This document shows positions 35,881 through 48,489 of a stretch of DNA of 64,000 bases, one piece after another. The stretch's first letter is position 1; every line of letters starts with the position of its first letter. The notes under the pieces are model-generated. The model saw nothing but the letters and a program-made list of their open reading frames with translations, was not told the origin of the DNA and made no database searches. The position numbers and the translations under genes are program-made. Source of the stretch: Octopus sinensis (taxonomy: Eukaryota); the NCBI RefSeq assembly GCF_006345805.1, contig NC_043001.1, forward strand, positions 23,560,001-23,624,000, read 5' to 3'.

Positions 35881-37108
35881 CTATGTTTATGATTTTTTTG
35901 CATTGAGCAATTTTACAAAATGTTGATATTGTTTATGTCCCCTATAAATGAAATATTCAGCTGTGGTTTGATGTACAAAGGTGTGGAACAAAGTTCTTTA
36001 TGTGTCAGGGTTGACACCAAGGAGGACATCCAACTCAAGAAATCTTTTTCAACCCATTCCAGCATAGAATAGGGGAATACGAACATGGTGGTGCTAATCA
36101 GAAGCATAATTGTTTTAATGCCCCCTTTTCTATACTTGCATGGTTCGGATGGAATTTGGTGAAGGAGGTTTTCTACAGCTCCATGCCTTTCCTGTTTCAA
36201 AGCAAGGTAATATTTCCCCATGACTAGACATGTTTTTTATGGAAGACCGAAAATGAATCACATTGCTTGTATGATGATAATGCTTGTTTACAGTCATCAC
36301 GTGATACCTAGACAATTATATACATACACACAGTGGGCTTCTTTCAGTCTCTGTGTACCAAATCCACTTATAAAGCTTTGATCATCCTGGAGCTGTAATA
36401 GAAGGTACTGCATAGTAGGACTGAATCCAAGACCATGTGGATGGAAAGCAAATTTCTAAACCGCATGACTAGATATTGATCTAGAAATTTGATAAATACA
36501 TCATCATCATCATCATCATTTAATGTCCGCTTTCCATGCTAGCATGAGTTGGACAATTTGATTGAGGACTAGCGAACCAGATCGCTGCACCAGGCTCCAA
36601 TCTTGATCTGGCAGAGTTTCTACAGTTGGATGCTCTTCCTAATGCCAACCACTCCAAGAGTGTAGTGGGTGCTTTTATGTGCCACCGGCACGAGGGCCAG
36701 TCAGGTGGCACTGGCAACGGCCACAAAAAAAATCGTTTTTTTTTTTTTTTGTCACCTGCACAAGTGCCAGTAAGGCGACGAATGGTAACGATCACGCTCG
36801 AATGGTGCTTTTTACGTGCCACTGGCACAAACACCAGTGAGCCACTCTGGCAACAATCACGCTCGGATGGTGCTCTTAGTGCTCCACTTCAGTTTCTGTG
36901 TACCAAATCCACTTATAACGCTTTGATCATCCTGGAGCTGTAACAGAAAGTACTGCATAGTAAGCCTGAATCCAAGACCACATAGATAGAAAGCAAATTT
37001 CCAAACCACATGACCATGCTGATATTGATCTAGAAATTTGATAAATTCAGTTTTATTAAATGTTTATTGTTCTATGTTGTTAATTATACCCTTGTTCTTT
37101 TTATCTAG

Positions 37109-37288
37109 GTTGTAAAAGCTTTGCAATATCTGAGAAAAGAATTAAAAATAATGCACAAAGATGTTAAACCATCAAACATATTACTTGAAAAGAATGGTGG
37201 AGTTTGTGTCTGTGACTTTGGTGTTAGTGGACCTCTTGATGATTCATTTGCCAAATCAATGAATGCTGGATGTAAAGCTTACATGGCT
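37109..37288 (+). CDS. MAP2K exon: catalytic loop, DFG, activation loop
   Basis: tctag| ... GCT|gtaggt, 180 nt. VVKALQYLRKELKIMHKDVKPSNILLEKNGGVCVCDFGVSGPLDDSFAKSMNAGCKAYMA, with the MAP2K S-x-A-K-(S/T) dual phospho-site. Confidence 0.95.
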
Positions 37289-38099
37289 GTAGGTACCCTT
37301 TTGTACAATTTTTTGTGCTCTCTTTGTATATTTATGTGTTTCTTGTGAGAAATTTTTGTTGTTGGTGTAATTTGAAACACTTCCGTATTGTTGTTAGTGT
37401 CATTGGTATGGCCATCATCAACTTCATCAGCTTAGCTTTCATTTTTCCATGCTTGCATGGGTCGGACGGAATCTTTTGAGGCAGAATTATTACAGCTGAA
37501 TGTTGTTCTTGCTGATGATGCTTACCAGTTTCCAAGTGAGGTAATATTTCCCATGACCAGGTGTGTTTTCCCATGGAAAACCAGAAACAAACAACATTGC
37601 TTGTATAATGGTGATATTCATTTACAACCATCGTATGATGCTTAGACAAGAGTATACACACACACATACACATGCACACACATCATCATCATCATCATCA
37701 TCGTTTAGTGTCCGCTTTCCATGCTAGCATGGGTTGGATGGTTCGACCGGGATCTGGGAAGCCAGGAGGCTGCACCAGGCTCCAGTCTGATCTGGCAATG
37801 TTTCTACAGCTGGATGCCCTTCCTAATGCCAACCACTCCATGAGTGTAGTGGGTGCTTTTTATGTGCCACCAGCACAGGGGCCAGGGGAGGCTGGCAATG
37901 CCCGCGATCGGTTGGTGGTTTTTACGTGCCACTGACACGGAAGCCAGTCAAGGCTGCGCTGGCATCGGCCACATACGGATGGTTATTTTTACGTGCCACC
38001 GGCGCAGGTGCCAGGGTAGGCTGGCAATGGCCAAATATCAGTGCCCCAGGTGAGGTGATACACATGTATGTTTATTCATGTATACACACACACATACAC

Positions 38100-38445
38100 A
38101 CTGTTTAAGAGTGGTCTTAATATTTGAGTGTAGGTTCCATCTAGCTTGGATTCTACCAAGAAACAGCTGTAAGGAGATCTGCCTGTTTCCACAATTATAA
38201 GAGAAAGGTGCTTGCTCTTTGCTGGACATTGTTGGTGAGCTAAAGAAGAGCTAGCAAGTGACCTGCTGCAATGGATGCTAAAGCATGGCTTTACTTCAGC
38301 AAGTTGTCCAGAAACAATGTATGTAGACCAACTGACCAGAGGCACTGGATGCCTCTCTAAAGACCTCCCTCAAATGATGCAGGACTGAAATGGATGGCAT
38401 GTGCAGGTTAAAAATGTCTGAGCAAGCCCAACTAGATGATGATAA
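38100..38445 (+). mobile_element. degenerate RTE-1-type LINE 3' fragment
   Basis: IIRERCLLFAGHCW*AKEELASDLLQW..KHG....YVDQLTRGTG..DLPQMMQD, then a gatgatgata tail. Confidence 0.75.
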
Positions 38446-39199
38446 TATACACAATTAAAGGCAGCGAGCTGGCAGAAACATTAGCACACTGGGCGAAATG
38501 CTTAGCAGTATTTTGTCTGCCGCTACGTTCTGAGTTCAAATTCCGCCAAGGTCGACTTTGCCTTTCAACCTTTCGGGGTTGATTAAATAAGTACCAGGTA
38601 CGCACTGAGGTCGATATAATCGATTTAATCCGTTTGTCTGTCCTTGTTTGTCCTCTCTGTGTTTAGCCCCTTTAGTCAACCTGGGGTTGTAGTGAAAGAC
38701 ACTTGCCTAAGTTGCCGTGCAGAGGGTCTGAACCAAATTGACACTCAATCATCACAATTATGATTGTATTAAGGTGGAGTTGGTGGGACATAAAAAAAGT
38801 TGGCTTGGTTGCTTTACAGTATCTAGGTTTTACAATTGTCATTGTTTCTGACAGCAATAGTGTGACTGAGTAGTAATATACTGGCTTGATTTAGTTGTCC
38901 TTTAGTCTCTCTAAAAACTGGACTCAGTCTACTATTATGGCTGTCATAATAAAATTATGTTTAAAGGAACTGGTGCTGATGCCATGTTAAAAGTGCTGAT
39001 GCTTGTGCCACATTTAAAGCACTGCTGATGGTTTCACATAAAAACACCCAGTACACTCTGTAAAGTGACAGGCATTAGGGAGGGCATCCAGCTATAGAAA
39101 CTAGGTCAAAAATAGACTATGAAACCTGGCGTGGCCACTGGCCTTGACAGCTCCTGTCAAGCTGTCTGACCCATAGCAGCATAGAAAACGGATGTTAAA

Positions 39200-39305
39200 T
39201 GATGATGGTGATGGTGGTGGTGGTGATGATGATGGTGATGGTGGTGGTGGTGATGATGATGATGATTACGATGATGACGACGACGATGATGATGATGATG
39301 ATATT
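39200..39305 (+). repeat. expanded and diversified (GAT/GGT/GAC)n tail of an RTE-X remnant
   Basis: Trinucleotide run directly after an aaaacggatgttaaat RTE 3' terminus. Confidence 0.8.
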
Positions 39306-41951
39306 GTTGTTGTCCTTATAAACTGTCATTGGATGTGGTCAAGTTCTCAGTAAATGAAGATTTCATTTCCTATTTAGAAGGACTTCTGTCATTAACATGC
39401 TTCGAAAAGGAAAGATTTTTATTTCCCCCTTTATAGTCTATATACAAATATTACTGGGTTTACTTTGTTTTTATCCTTCCAAGACAATGGAACATTTAGT
39501 TGGAGTACTTAGCAATGTTATGATAGCTTTCATTCTGACACTTGATGTGACATCATCCTGATCATCATCATCATCATCGTTATCTTTATTTAATGTCCAT
39601 GCTGCTATGGGTTGGATGGTTTTACAGGATCCAGTGAATCCAAGAACTATAGCTTGCTTCAGTATTTGCTTTGGTATATTTTTCTATGGGCGGATGCCTT
39701 TCCTAATGCCAACCACTTTACAATGTGTACTGAATGTGTTTTTCATGCCATCAGCACTTTTGAAGTTGCCATGCAGCTTGCGTGACCCTGACTCCACCCC
39801 CCACCTCTCAAGGGAAGGAGAGGTTGGCTATATATTAGGAGATGAGGGGTTAAAGTGTGAGAGATGGTGGGTATCAATACAGATTGCTGTAGAGAAGCTG
39901 CATAGCTACTCAGTCAGGTAAAAATTATTTTAATGTTTTTGTACAAAGTATCATCATCATCATCATCATTGTTTAGTGTCCGCTTTCCATGCTAGCATGG
40001 GTTGGACAGTTCAATTGGGGTCTGGGAAGCCAGAAGGCTGCACCAGACCCAGTCTGATCTGGCAATGTTTCTATGGCTGGATGCCCTTCCTAACGCCAAC
40101 CACTCCGTGAGTGTAGTGGGTGCTTTTTACGTGCCACCGGCAAATGAAAAAATCTTTAGTATCACCATCTGCTTCCATCGATCTATCTTATATTATTTTC
40201 ATTTTAAACTGATATACTTACTTTTACACATATGTGTCAAGTTTGCTTTAGTTTTAAATTATGTATCCTAAATATTGCTTGTACAATGGTGATATTCATT
40301 TACAACCATCGTGTGATGCTTAGACAAGAGTATACACACACACATACACATGCACACACATCATCATCATCATCATCATCGTTTAGTGTCCGCTTTCCTT
40401 GCTAGCATGGATTGGATGGTTCGACCGGGGTCTGGGAAGCCAGGAGGCTGCACCAGGCTCCAGTCTGATCTGGCAATGTTTCTACAGCTGGATGCCCTTC
40501 CTAATGCCAACCACTCCGTGAGTGTAGTGGGTGCTTTTTATGTGCCACCGGCACAGGTGCCAGAAGAGGCTGGCAACGCCTGCGATCGGTTGGTGGTTTT
40601 TATGTGCCACTGACACGGAAGCCACATACAGATGGTGCTTCTTACGTGCCACCGGCACAGGTGCCAGGATAGGCTGGCAACGGCCAAATATCAGTGCCTC
40701 AGGTGAGGTGATACACGGATGGTGCAGATCTCCAAATATTAGAGAATGCAGATCTAAGAATTTGTATTTTGTCGCCAGTACTGTGTCATGTTCATGGCCA
40801 AGCAACTTGATTCTTAGTGGCTCAGTTGGTACAACAGTGTGATATGATTTATTAATGTATGCAGTGGCTGCACTATAAAAGTGATGAATGATGCAGTAGC
40901 TTCAATTCCTCTAGTGAGGAAAACCAGATGTGATAGACTGGTGATAAAAGGCGGCAAGCTGGCAGAAACGTTAGCATGCCGATCGAAATGCTTTACAGTA
41001 TTTTGTCTGCTGTTACATTCTGGGTTCAAATTCTGCCGAGGTCGACTTTGCCTTTTATCCTTTCAAGGTCAATTAAATAAGTACCCGTTATGCACTGGGG
41101 TCGATATAATCAACTTAATCTGTTTGTCTGTCCTTGTTTGTCCTCTCTGTGTTTAGCCCCTTGTGGGTAGTAAAGAAATACATATTTATTTTAGTGTCAG
41201 TTTTTCTATGTTGAGATCTGTATTTCTCATTTCATGATTTGCCTTGTCTTGCTCTGCCATAAATACTTCCTATTATCAGTACATAATTTGTTCACTGAAC
41301 AGTCATAGTTCATTTCACACCACATATTTATACTAGTGCGGTTGGGATAAATTGCACTAGTATAAACCTATATGTTTATACTGGTCTGGCACCTGTGTCG
41401 GTGGCACAAAAAAACACCATCTGATTGTGGCCGTTCGCCAGCCTCGCCTGGCCCCCGTGCCGGTAGCACATAAAAAGCACCATCCGTTCGTGGCCGTTTG
41501 CCAGACTCGTCTGGCACCTGTGTCAGTGGCACGTAAAAAGCACCCACTACACTCATGGAGTGGCTGGCGTTAGGAAGGGCATCCAGCTGTAGAAACCCTG
41601 CCAAATCAAACTGGGCCTGGTGCAGCCTTCGGGCTTCCCAGACCCCAGTTGAACCGTCCAACCCATGCTAGCATGGAAAGCGGACGTTAAACGATGATGA
41701 TGATGATGATGGTATTGGTTGAGGCCTTGCACACCTTACTGCTCCCTCGTTTCACTTACACTCCCCTTTTCCTTGCAAATTACTGTTCTATTTTCAACAG
41801 ATCAATTCAGTCCTCTTCCACAGATCTTATCGAATCAATGCTTATGGCTTGTTGCATTCCTTCTTTTCCTTTCTCTCTACATACTTTTGAACCCAGAAAG
41901 AAACCTTCTGTTGCTAAAAGTTAACGGGCCTCTTGTCATTATTTATTATAC

Positions 41952-42144
41952 ATAGGCGCAGGAGTGGCTGTGTGGTAAGTAGCTTGCTAACCAACCACAT
42001 GGTTCCAGGTTCAGTCCCACTGCGTGGCATCTTGGGCAAGTGTCTTCTGCTATAGCCCCGGGCCGACCAAAGCCTTGTGAGTGGATTTAGTAGACGGAAA
42101 CTGAAAGAAGCCTGTCGTATATATGTATATATATATATATATAT

Positions 42145-42177
<33 letters not shown>

Positions 42178-42372
42178 ATGTCTGTGTTTGTCCCCCTAGC
42201 ATTGCTTGACAACCGATGCTGGTGTGTTTACGTCCCTGTCACTTAGCAGTTCGGCAAAAGTGACCGATAGAATAAGTACTGGACTTACAAAGAATAAGTC
42301 CCGGGGTCGATTTGATTGACTAAAGGCGGTGCTCCAGCATGGCCACAGTCAAATGACTGAAACAAGTAAAAA
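41952..42372 (+). mobile_element. SINE family A, full-length copy in MAP2K intron
   Basis: Colinear with 6-410. Confidence 0.88.
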
Positions 42373-42536
42373 AATATCTAGGCACAGGTGTGGTTGTGTG
42401 GTAAGAAGCTTGCTTCCCAACCACATGGCTCTGGATTCAGTCCCACTGTGTGGCATCTTGGGCAAGTGTCTCCTACTGTAGCCTCAGGCTGATCAAAGCC
42501 TTTCCACGTATTTCTTATTTTTATTTTTATAAGAAA

Positions 42537-42936
42537 CTAGCAGCATCGCCCGGCGTTGCTCGGGTTTGTAAGGGAAATAACTATATAAGCATTTTTAGAG
42601 ATGTAAAGTATAATAGCCAACTCAATATGGCTAACCACAAAGGATGGGGGGGTGTTACTGTAGCTTTTTACGTTCTGAGATTTAATAATACATTTTTAGA
42701 GAGTTACTTCCCTTATATAATAGCAAAAAAATGCATTAAAAATGGGAAAACATGATGGTAAATTTTTTCAAAAATCGTAGACTCATCGTAGACACACACT
42801 AATACCCAGAAGGGCTCGATATGAATCACGACTATAAGATACCCGGTTTTGGTTAAACTGCACCGCAAAATGTGGGAGTAGTTAGGAATCTAAATCGTAG
42901 GAGACAGACACACAACTTGACTTTTATATATAAAGA
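42537..42936 (-). mobile_element. non-autonomous Helitron
   Basis: A|TC 5' end, cccgagcaacgccggg hairpin, CTAG|T 3' end, no TSD. The joined flanks equal the empty-site sequence at 9540. Confidence 0.92.
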
Positions 42937-44262
42937 TAAGTGGAAATTTTACCAGTGAGTGTGTTAAATTATAAGGCATAAAAAGAAAATGACTCTCCCC
43001 AGACACAACAGAATATTATTAATATGTTAAATAATATATGTTAAACAATATGTTGACTGGATGTTTGTTACTGGAACACCTTTGCATTATCTACCTGTTA
43101 TAGCAGATTAATAAAAAATTATCTAATTTTAAAGAGAATAAGTTTTTGTAGCAGTGTATGTACATAAATTAAAGCATGTAGTAACATAGAAAGATAAACA
43201 AAGCACATTTAGTCATTTTGCTGTTTCTGTGGAAGGGGTAGACTCAGGAAGAAATGGGGCCAAATGGTGAGAAGGGACAACAGGGGCTGAAACTCCTGGT
43301 AGTTTGCTGCACTTGAGAAGACACGTCAGGCCAAGTAAAATCATGGTTGTCCTTGCATACAGGCATGTACCCTGCGTCCCTCCTCAGCTGAGCATTCCTA
43401 ATCTTGTAAGCTCATGGGTGCTGGTGCCACATGAGAAGCACGTCTACCGGTGCCATGTAAAAGCACCCAAGCCAGTGCTGCATACAAATACCCAGTACAC
43501 TCTGTAGAGTGGTTGGCATTTGGAAGGGAATCCAGCCATAGAAACCATGCCAAAACAGGCTGGGCAGATCTTCAGCATCAACACTGTCATAGGAAAATAT
43601 AACATTCTTATAGTGCGTCGAATTCTTCATTACATATCAGTTTTAGCAATAAATATAACTTATGCCATTTTGAATTTGACCAGAGAAAATTGGGTAACAT
43701 TTACAACACGCTATTTCTCCAACACTATATCTATTTCTCTCTCCCATTCTGTCTTTCTATCTTTCTCTCTGACTCCTTACCATCTTCCTTCTCCTCCCTT
43801 GTCCTACAGGGATGGCCTAGTGTCTCCTCTAGTATGACAACTATCTCTGTCCCTCTATCATACCCTAATTTCTCACTTGGCACACAGCCACTTCCCATAG
43901 TTCCACTCCCTCTCTACTTGGTAACCCCATTGGTGTCTCATAAAAAGCACCTATGACAGTACCACATAAAAAGCACCTATGCTGGTACCACAGCCCATGT
44001 GCCAATGCCATGTAGAAAACACCCATGCTGGAGCCACATAAAAAAGCCCCCCAGTACACTCTGTAAAGTGGTTGGTAAAGAAAGGGCATCCAGCTATAGA
44101 AACCATACTAAAACAGACGATTGAAGTCTGGCACAGCTCTCCTGCTCACCAACTCCTGTCAAACTGTCCAACCCATGCTAGCATGGAAAACGATGATATT
44201 GATGATGATGATTTAATTGTTATGCATAATGCACATCCATAATTTATTGTTTGCTCTTTTAG

Positions 44263-44340
44263 CCTGAATTGATTGATCCTGATCTATCACCTGTACAAAA
44301 CGATGTCCGGTCAGATGTCTGGAGCTTAGGGATAACGCTG
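44263..44340 (+). CDS. MAP2K exon: APE to subdomain IX
   Basis: tttag| ... CTG|gtaagt, 78 nt. PELIDPDLSPVQNDVRSDVWSLGITL. Absent from the ORF track but required by the gene model. Confidence 0.93.
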
Positions 44341-45746
44341 GTAAGTAATTTTCATAAATTTTTCCTGCTTCATTTTGCTTGGTTTCACATCTTATTAAGC
44401 ACATTATATATACTTTAGGAATATTTTCACCTATTTATATTTTTATATTTTTATATAAACATTTTTTTTTTATAGCTTTTACCATTTTTGTTAATTTTTA
44501 AGAGCGAATCAATTCTTCTCCTTTTTAGTCTTGCAACCAAGCAGTTGCAGCCTAATTGTCAAACAGTTAAGTGTTAATTTTCTTTCTGCCAATGCCACAG
44601 AATATGGTAATTAAGTTAAACTCTTGATTATTTCAACAAAAATATTTTCTAATGTTTCAATAGCTATTTCTCTATTCTTGCTAACATCTACTTGTTACAG
44701 AAAAACATGTTCTTCACAAGGAAGTTCTTCTATTCCTAATAATTCAGTAACAGTATGGGGCTCAACTCTTTCAAAAGAAGAGCAGCCCTAGCCTTGGAAT
44801 AACATTGGTCACATATTTAGGTGTAATCTGATTATGTTACCTTCATCAAACTGAAAAACTACATATATTGTTGCCACAAGCCCATTCACTGCTACTTCTG
44901 ACCTATTTCTTTATTACCCACAAGGGGCTAAACACAGAGGGGACAAACAAGGACAGACATAGGTATTAAGTTGATTACATCGACCCCAGTGCGTAACTGG
45001 TACTTAATTTATCGACCCCGAAAGGATGAAAGGCAAAGTCGACCTCGGCGGAATTTGAACTCAGAACGTAGCAGCAGACGAAATATTGCTAAGCATTTCG
45101 TCCGGCGCGCTAACGTTTCTGCCAGCTCACCGCCTATATTTCAGACCATTGATCTTTACATAGTTCTCTATTGTTGTATAAGTGATGTTTTTTTTTCCTC
45201 TCCTATTTTCAATAAAATGCTATAACCCTTAACTAGTTTTCATTCTAAATCTTTTTTTAATTGTTTAAGTTTCTTCCTTTCATGGGCCTTCAAACTTCTA
45301 TGGAGTTTTAGAGGCACTGCTGTGTCATATGCCATATCATGGCATTTTAAACCTAATGTAACTCATTCCTTCCAGGTTCTGAGAATATTTGATTTCTGTT
45401 AGAGTGAAAGGAAGGAAGAGAGAGAGAGAGAGAGAGAGAGACGAAAGTGACTCCACTACTAAACTGGTACTTAATTTATTGATCTCCTAAAAGATGAAAG
45501 GCAAAGTTTATCTTGGTGGGATTTAACCTCAATGCAAAGAGCTAACACAAGTACCTGAAAGCATTTTATTTAAGGCTGTAATCATTCTGGCTATTAACAG
45601 CTGAATAACTTTCCTGTTTCTAGCTTGAACTTTATCCACTTACGTTGAAATTTAGTGATATTTTTTCATAAAATATTTTAGCTAATACCTATCTTAAGTT
45701 AAACATTTTATGTACTCTTTCGAAATTAATTTTTTTTTAATTGCAG

Positions 45747-45886
45747 ATTGAAGTAGGAAATGGAAAATATCCATACACAATTACTTCAAATCCCTTTGAT
45801 TTTGTGAAAGAGATTGTTGAAGGAGATCCACCGAAATTAACACCAGGCAAATACTCGAAGAATTTTGAGAAGTTTACTGCATTCTG
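45747..45886 (+). CDS. MAP2K exon: C-lobe
   Basis: ttgcag| ... TG|gtatgg, 140 nt. IEVGNGKYPYTITSNPFDFVKEIVEGDPPKLTPGKYSKNFEKFTAF(C). Confidence 0.92.
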
Positions 45887-47386
45887 GTATGGTTTCTTAT
45901 ATCTGTGAACAATTAACTTTTTCATATTTTTAGTTTGGGGAGTGATCTAATCCAAAATATGATGATGGTGACCATCATTTAACAACTGCTTTCCATGTTG
46001 GCATGGATAGGATGGTTTAATAGGGGACTGGTGAGCTGCAGGGTTGCATTGAGCTCCAATATTATCTTTAGTGTGTTTTCTATGGTTGGAATCCTTTCCT
46101 AATGCCAATCACTTTAGAGTGTTCTGGGTGCTTTTTTTTCTTGCCATCAACACTAGTAAGATTGCCACATAACTTCCAAGACAGCAAAGAACAAAAGAAA
46201 AGGAACAACTCCCACTACTAAGAGGGAGTATTTCTGTGGGGAAGATGTCAAGTATTGAAAAGCTTGACTATGATAGAGGGACAAGCACAGGTGTCTTGTT
46301 ATAAAGGAGTTATATGGCTGAAGGAGACAAGGGGAAAGTAGTGATAGTGCTAGAGCAAGCTCTCAAGGAAAAAGGTGAGTATAAGTAAGGACATGGATGG
46401 TGGGTCATTGGAAGGGCTGAGAGAGTGGATACTTTCATAAGAAGGTGAGGAGGGATTAAACAGATCGAAGTAGAGGTTAATGTAGTGAGTGATGAACACG
46501 GATGGGGATGCAGATGATGGGAAACACCAGTATGTAGAGGGGTAAGGTGGAAGATAGAGACTCAGGAAGGAGCATAGAAGAGAATATAATAAAATGATGT
46601 GCAAAGTGTAGGAATTGTGGGAGATATTGAGATACATTAGGGGCTATAGTAGGTAGGTCATGATGATAGATATTTAAGGGCATTCAGAGGTGTTTAGAAT
46701 TGAGTGTAGCCGAGGGGAGAAAGAGCAGTGACTGAAGGCGTAAAGAGGAAGCAATTGGTTGAAATTGTGTGGGCAGGGATGATGAGGAATTGAAATAGTT
46801 CTGGAATTGGAAAGGGAATGGGATATAATATGTGCAATACTGCTCTTAAGTGAGTACAACACAGAAAAATACCAATCATTTCGGTCCTTTGTCTTCTCTG
46901 TATGGCTTCACATCTTGAGAGCAGCCTTTGATATTTCGTCCCATGTCTACCCGGTGTGTTTACGTCCCCGTAACTTAGCGGTTCGACAAAAAAGAGACCG
47001 AGAGAATAAGTACCAGGCTTACAGAGAATAAGTCCTGGGGTCGATTTGCTCGACTAAAGGCGGTGCTCCAGTATAGCTAATATAGCTGCTTAGGATATTA
47101 ACTCAATTAGATGTTTTAATGCTATTCAGGTTTCTCTTGATTAGGATGAGTTATATTACCATAATCAAGAAGTGAATATTTAATGAATGCTAGTATTGTG
47201 TTACTGTAAGTTTTTTTTGTTTTTCTTTTACATAAATTCTTATTGGTGGCATGTTTTATTTACTTTAATTGCTATACTTCAGCCTCACAAATAGTGAGTT
47301 ACTAAAATAGTTACACTGTAATACAAATGTTATCACTGTTGGTTAAATGACTGTTATAGAATTTCTTGTGGTTTACTAATTTTTTC

Positions 47387-47795
47387 GGATCTTTTTGGTT
47401 TGAATGGCAGTTTTTTCTAGCAGTGTCATATGAAATTGTCACCCATAATTATGACCCTAGTATCGATCTATTGCATTTCAATCTGTTTTAGGATTAGGGG
47501 TGGGGGAAGGGTATCTTTTTTCTTCAAAAATGTAAATAAACCTAATCTGTTTCTTAAACGAGGGACATATTGATATGGCACAGAACGTTTTCACCTCAAT
47601 AGATGTCATTGATTGGTTGAAATTGCAGAAATTGAAGAAAAAAAACAACAAATATCTTACAAACTATAGAATTTTATCAATAAAGCCAAGAGAAAAAGAT
47701 GTTTTATAAACACATTCTACCAGTATACGAAGTTTAAAAGTGTTTAGTTATGTGGAAATTATTTTTAAAAACTGCCGTTCAAACCGAAAAGATCC
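47387..47795. mobile_element. GGATC-terminal MITE with 8-bp TSD
   Basis: TIRs ggatctttttggtttgaatggcagttttt / aaaaactgccgttcaaaccgaaaagatcc. TSD attttttc at 47379-86 and 47796-803. Confidence 0.9.
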
Positions 47796-48489
47796 ATTTT
47801 TTCAGTTAAAGCCTTCCTCTTAAAAACTTTGGGACTTCTCAGTTGCTTGACAGATGTGTACTAGATCATTGATATATAAAAATTATAACAAACTGGCATG
47901 GCTGTGAAGGTAAGGAAACTTGTTTCCTAACCACATGGTTCCAGGTCCAGTGGGCAAGTGTCTTCTACTACAGCCTTGGGCCAACCAAAGCCTTGTGAGT
48001 GGATTTGGTTGATGAAAACTGAAAGCCCATCTCACACACACACACATGCATACGTGTGAATATGGGTGTACATGCTTGTGTCTGTGTTTGCTCCCACTAC
48101 TGCTTGCCAACTGGTGTTGGTGTGTTTACATCCCTGTAGCTTAGCAGTTTGCCAAAAGAGACCAATACAATAAGTACTAGGCTTCAAAAAAAAAACAAGT
48201 TTTGGGATCAATTTATTTGACTAAAAATTCTTCAAAACAATACTCCAGCATGATCACAGTCTAATGATTAAAACAAGTAATAGGTATAAGGTAAACCAGT
48301 TAGTCCTGAAATGTCTTTGATAAGTTTCTAAATCAACATAATCGAGAACGTTTACTAATAATGTGCTTTTCAGACAAACCTGTTTACTCCATATAATACT
48401 TTCTGTTACTTAGATAAATTATTGTAAATATGCTTTACTTTTGTATCACTGCTTCAATATTTAACTGTTGTTTGTTTACTTTATTGCAG

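Noticed and set aside
44400-44800. Minus-strand frame that looks protein-like if TAA/TAG are read through
   Set aside because: About 7 stops per 100 codons is what random AT-rich DNA gives, and no recognisable motif was found.
46200-46880. Several overlapping minus-strand ORFs in a purine-skewed tract
   Set aside because: Strand-biased low complexity depletes stops on the pyrimidine strand; the peptides are Ser/Leu/Pro-rich with no motifs or splice support.
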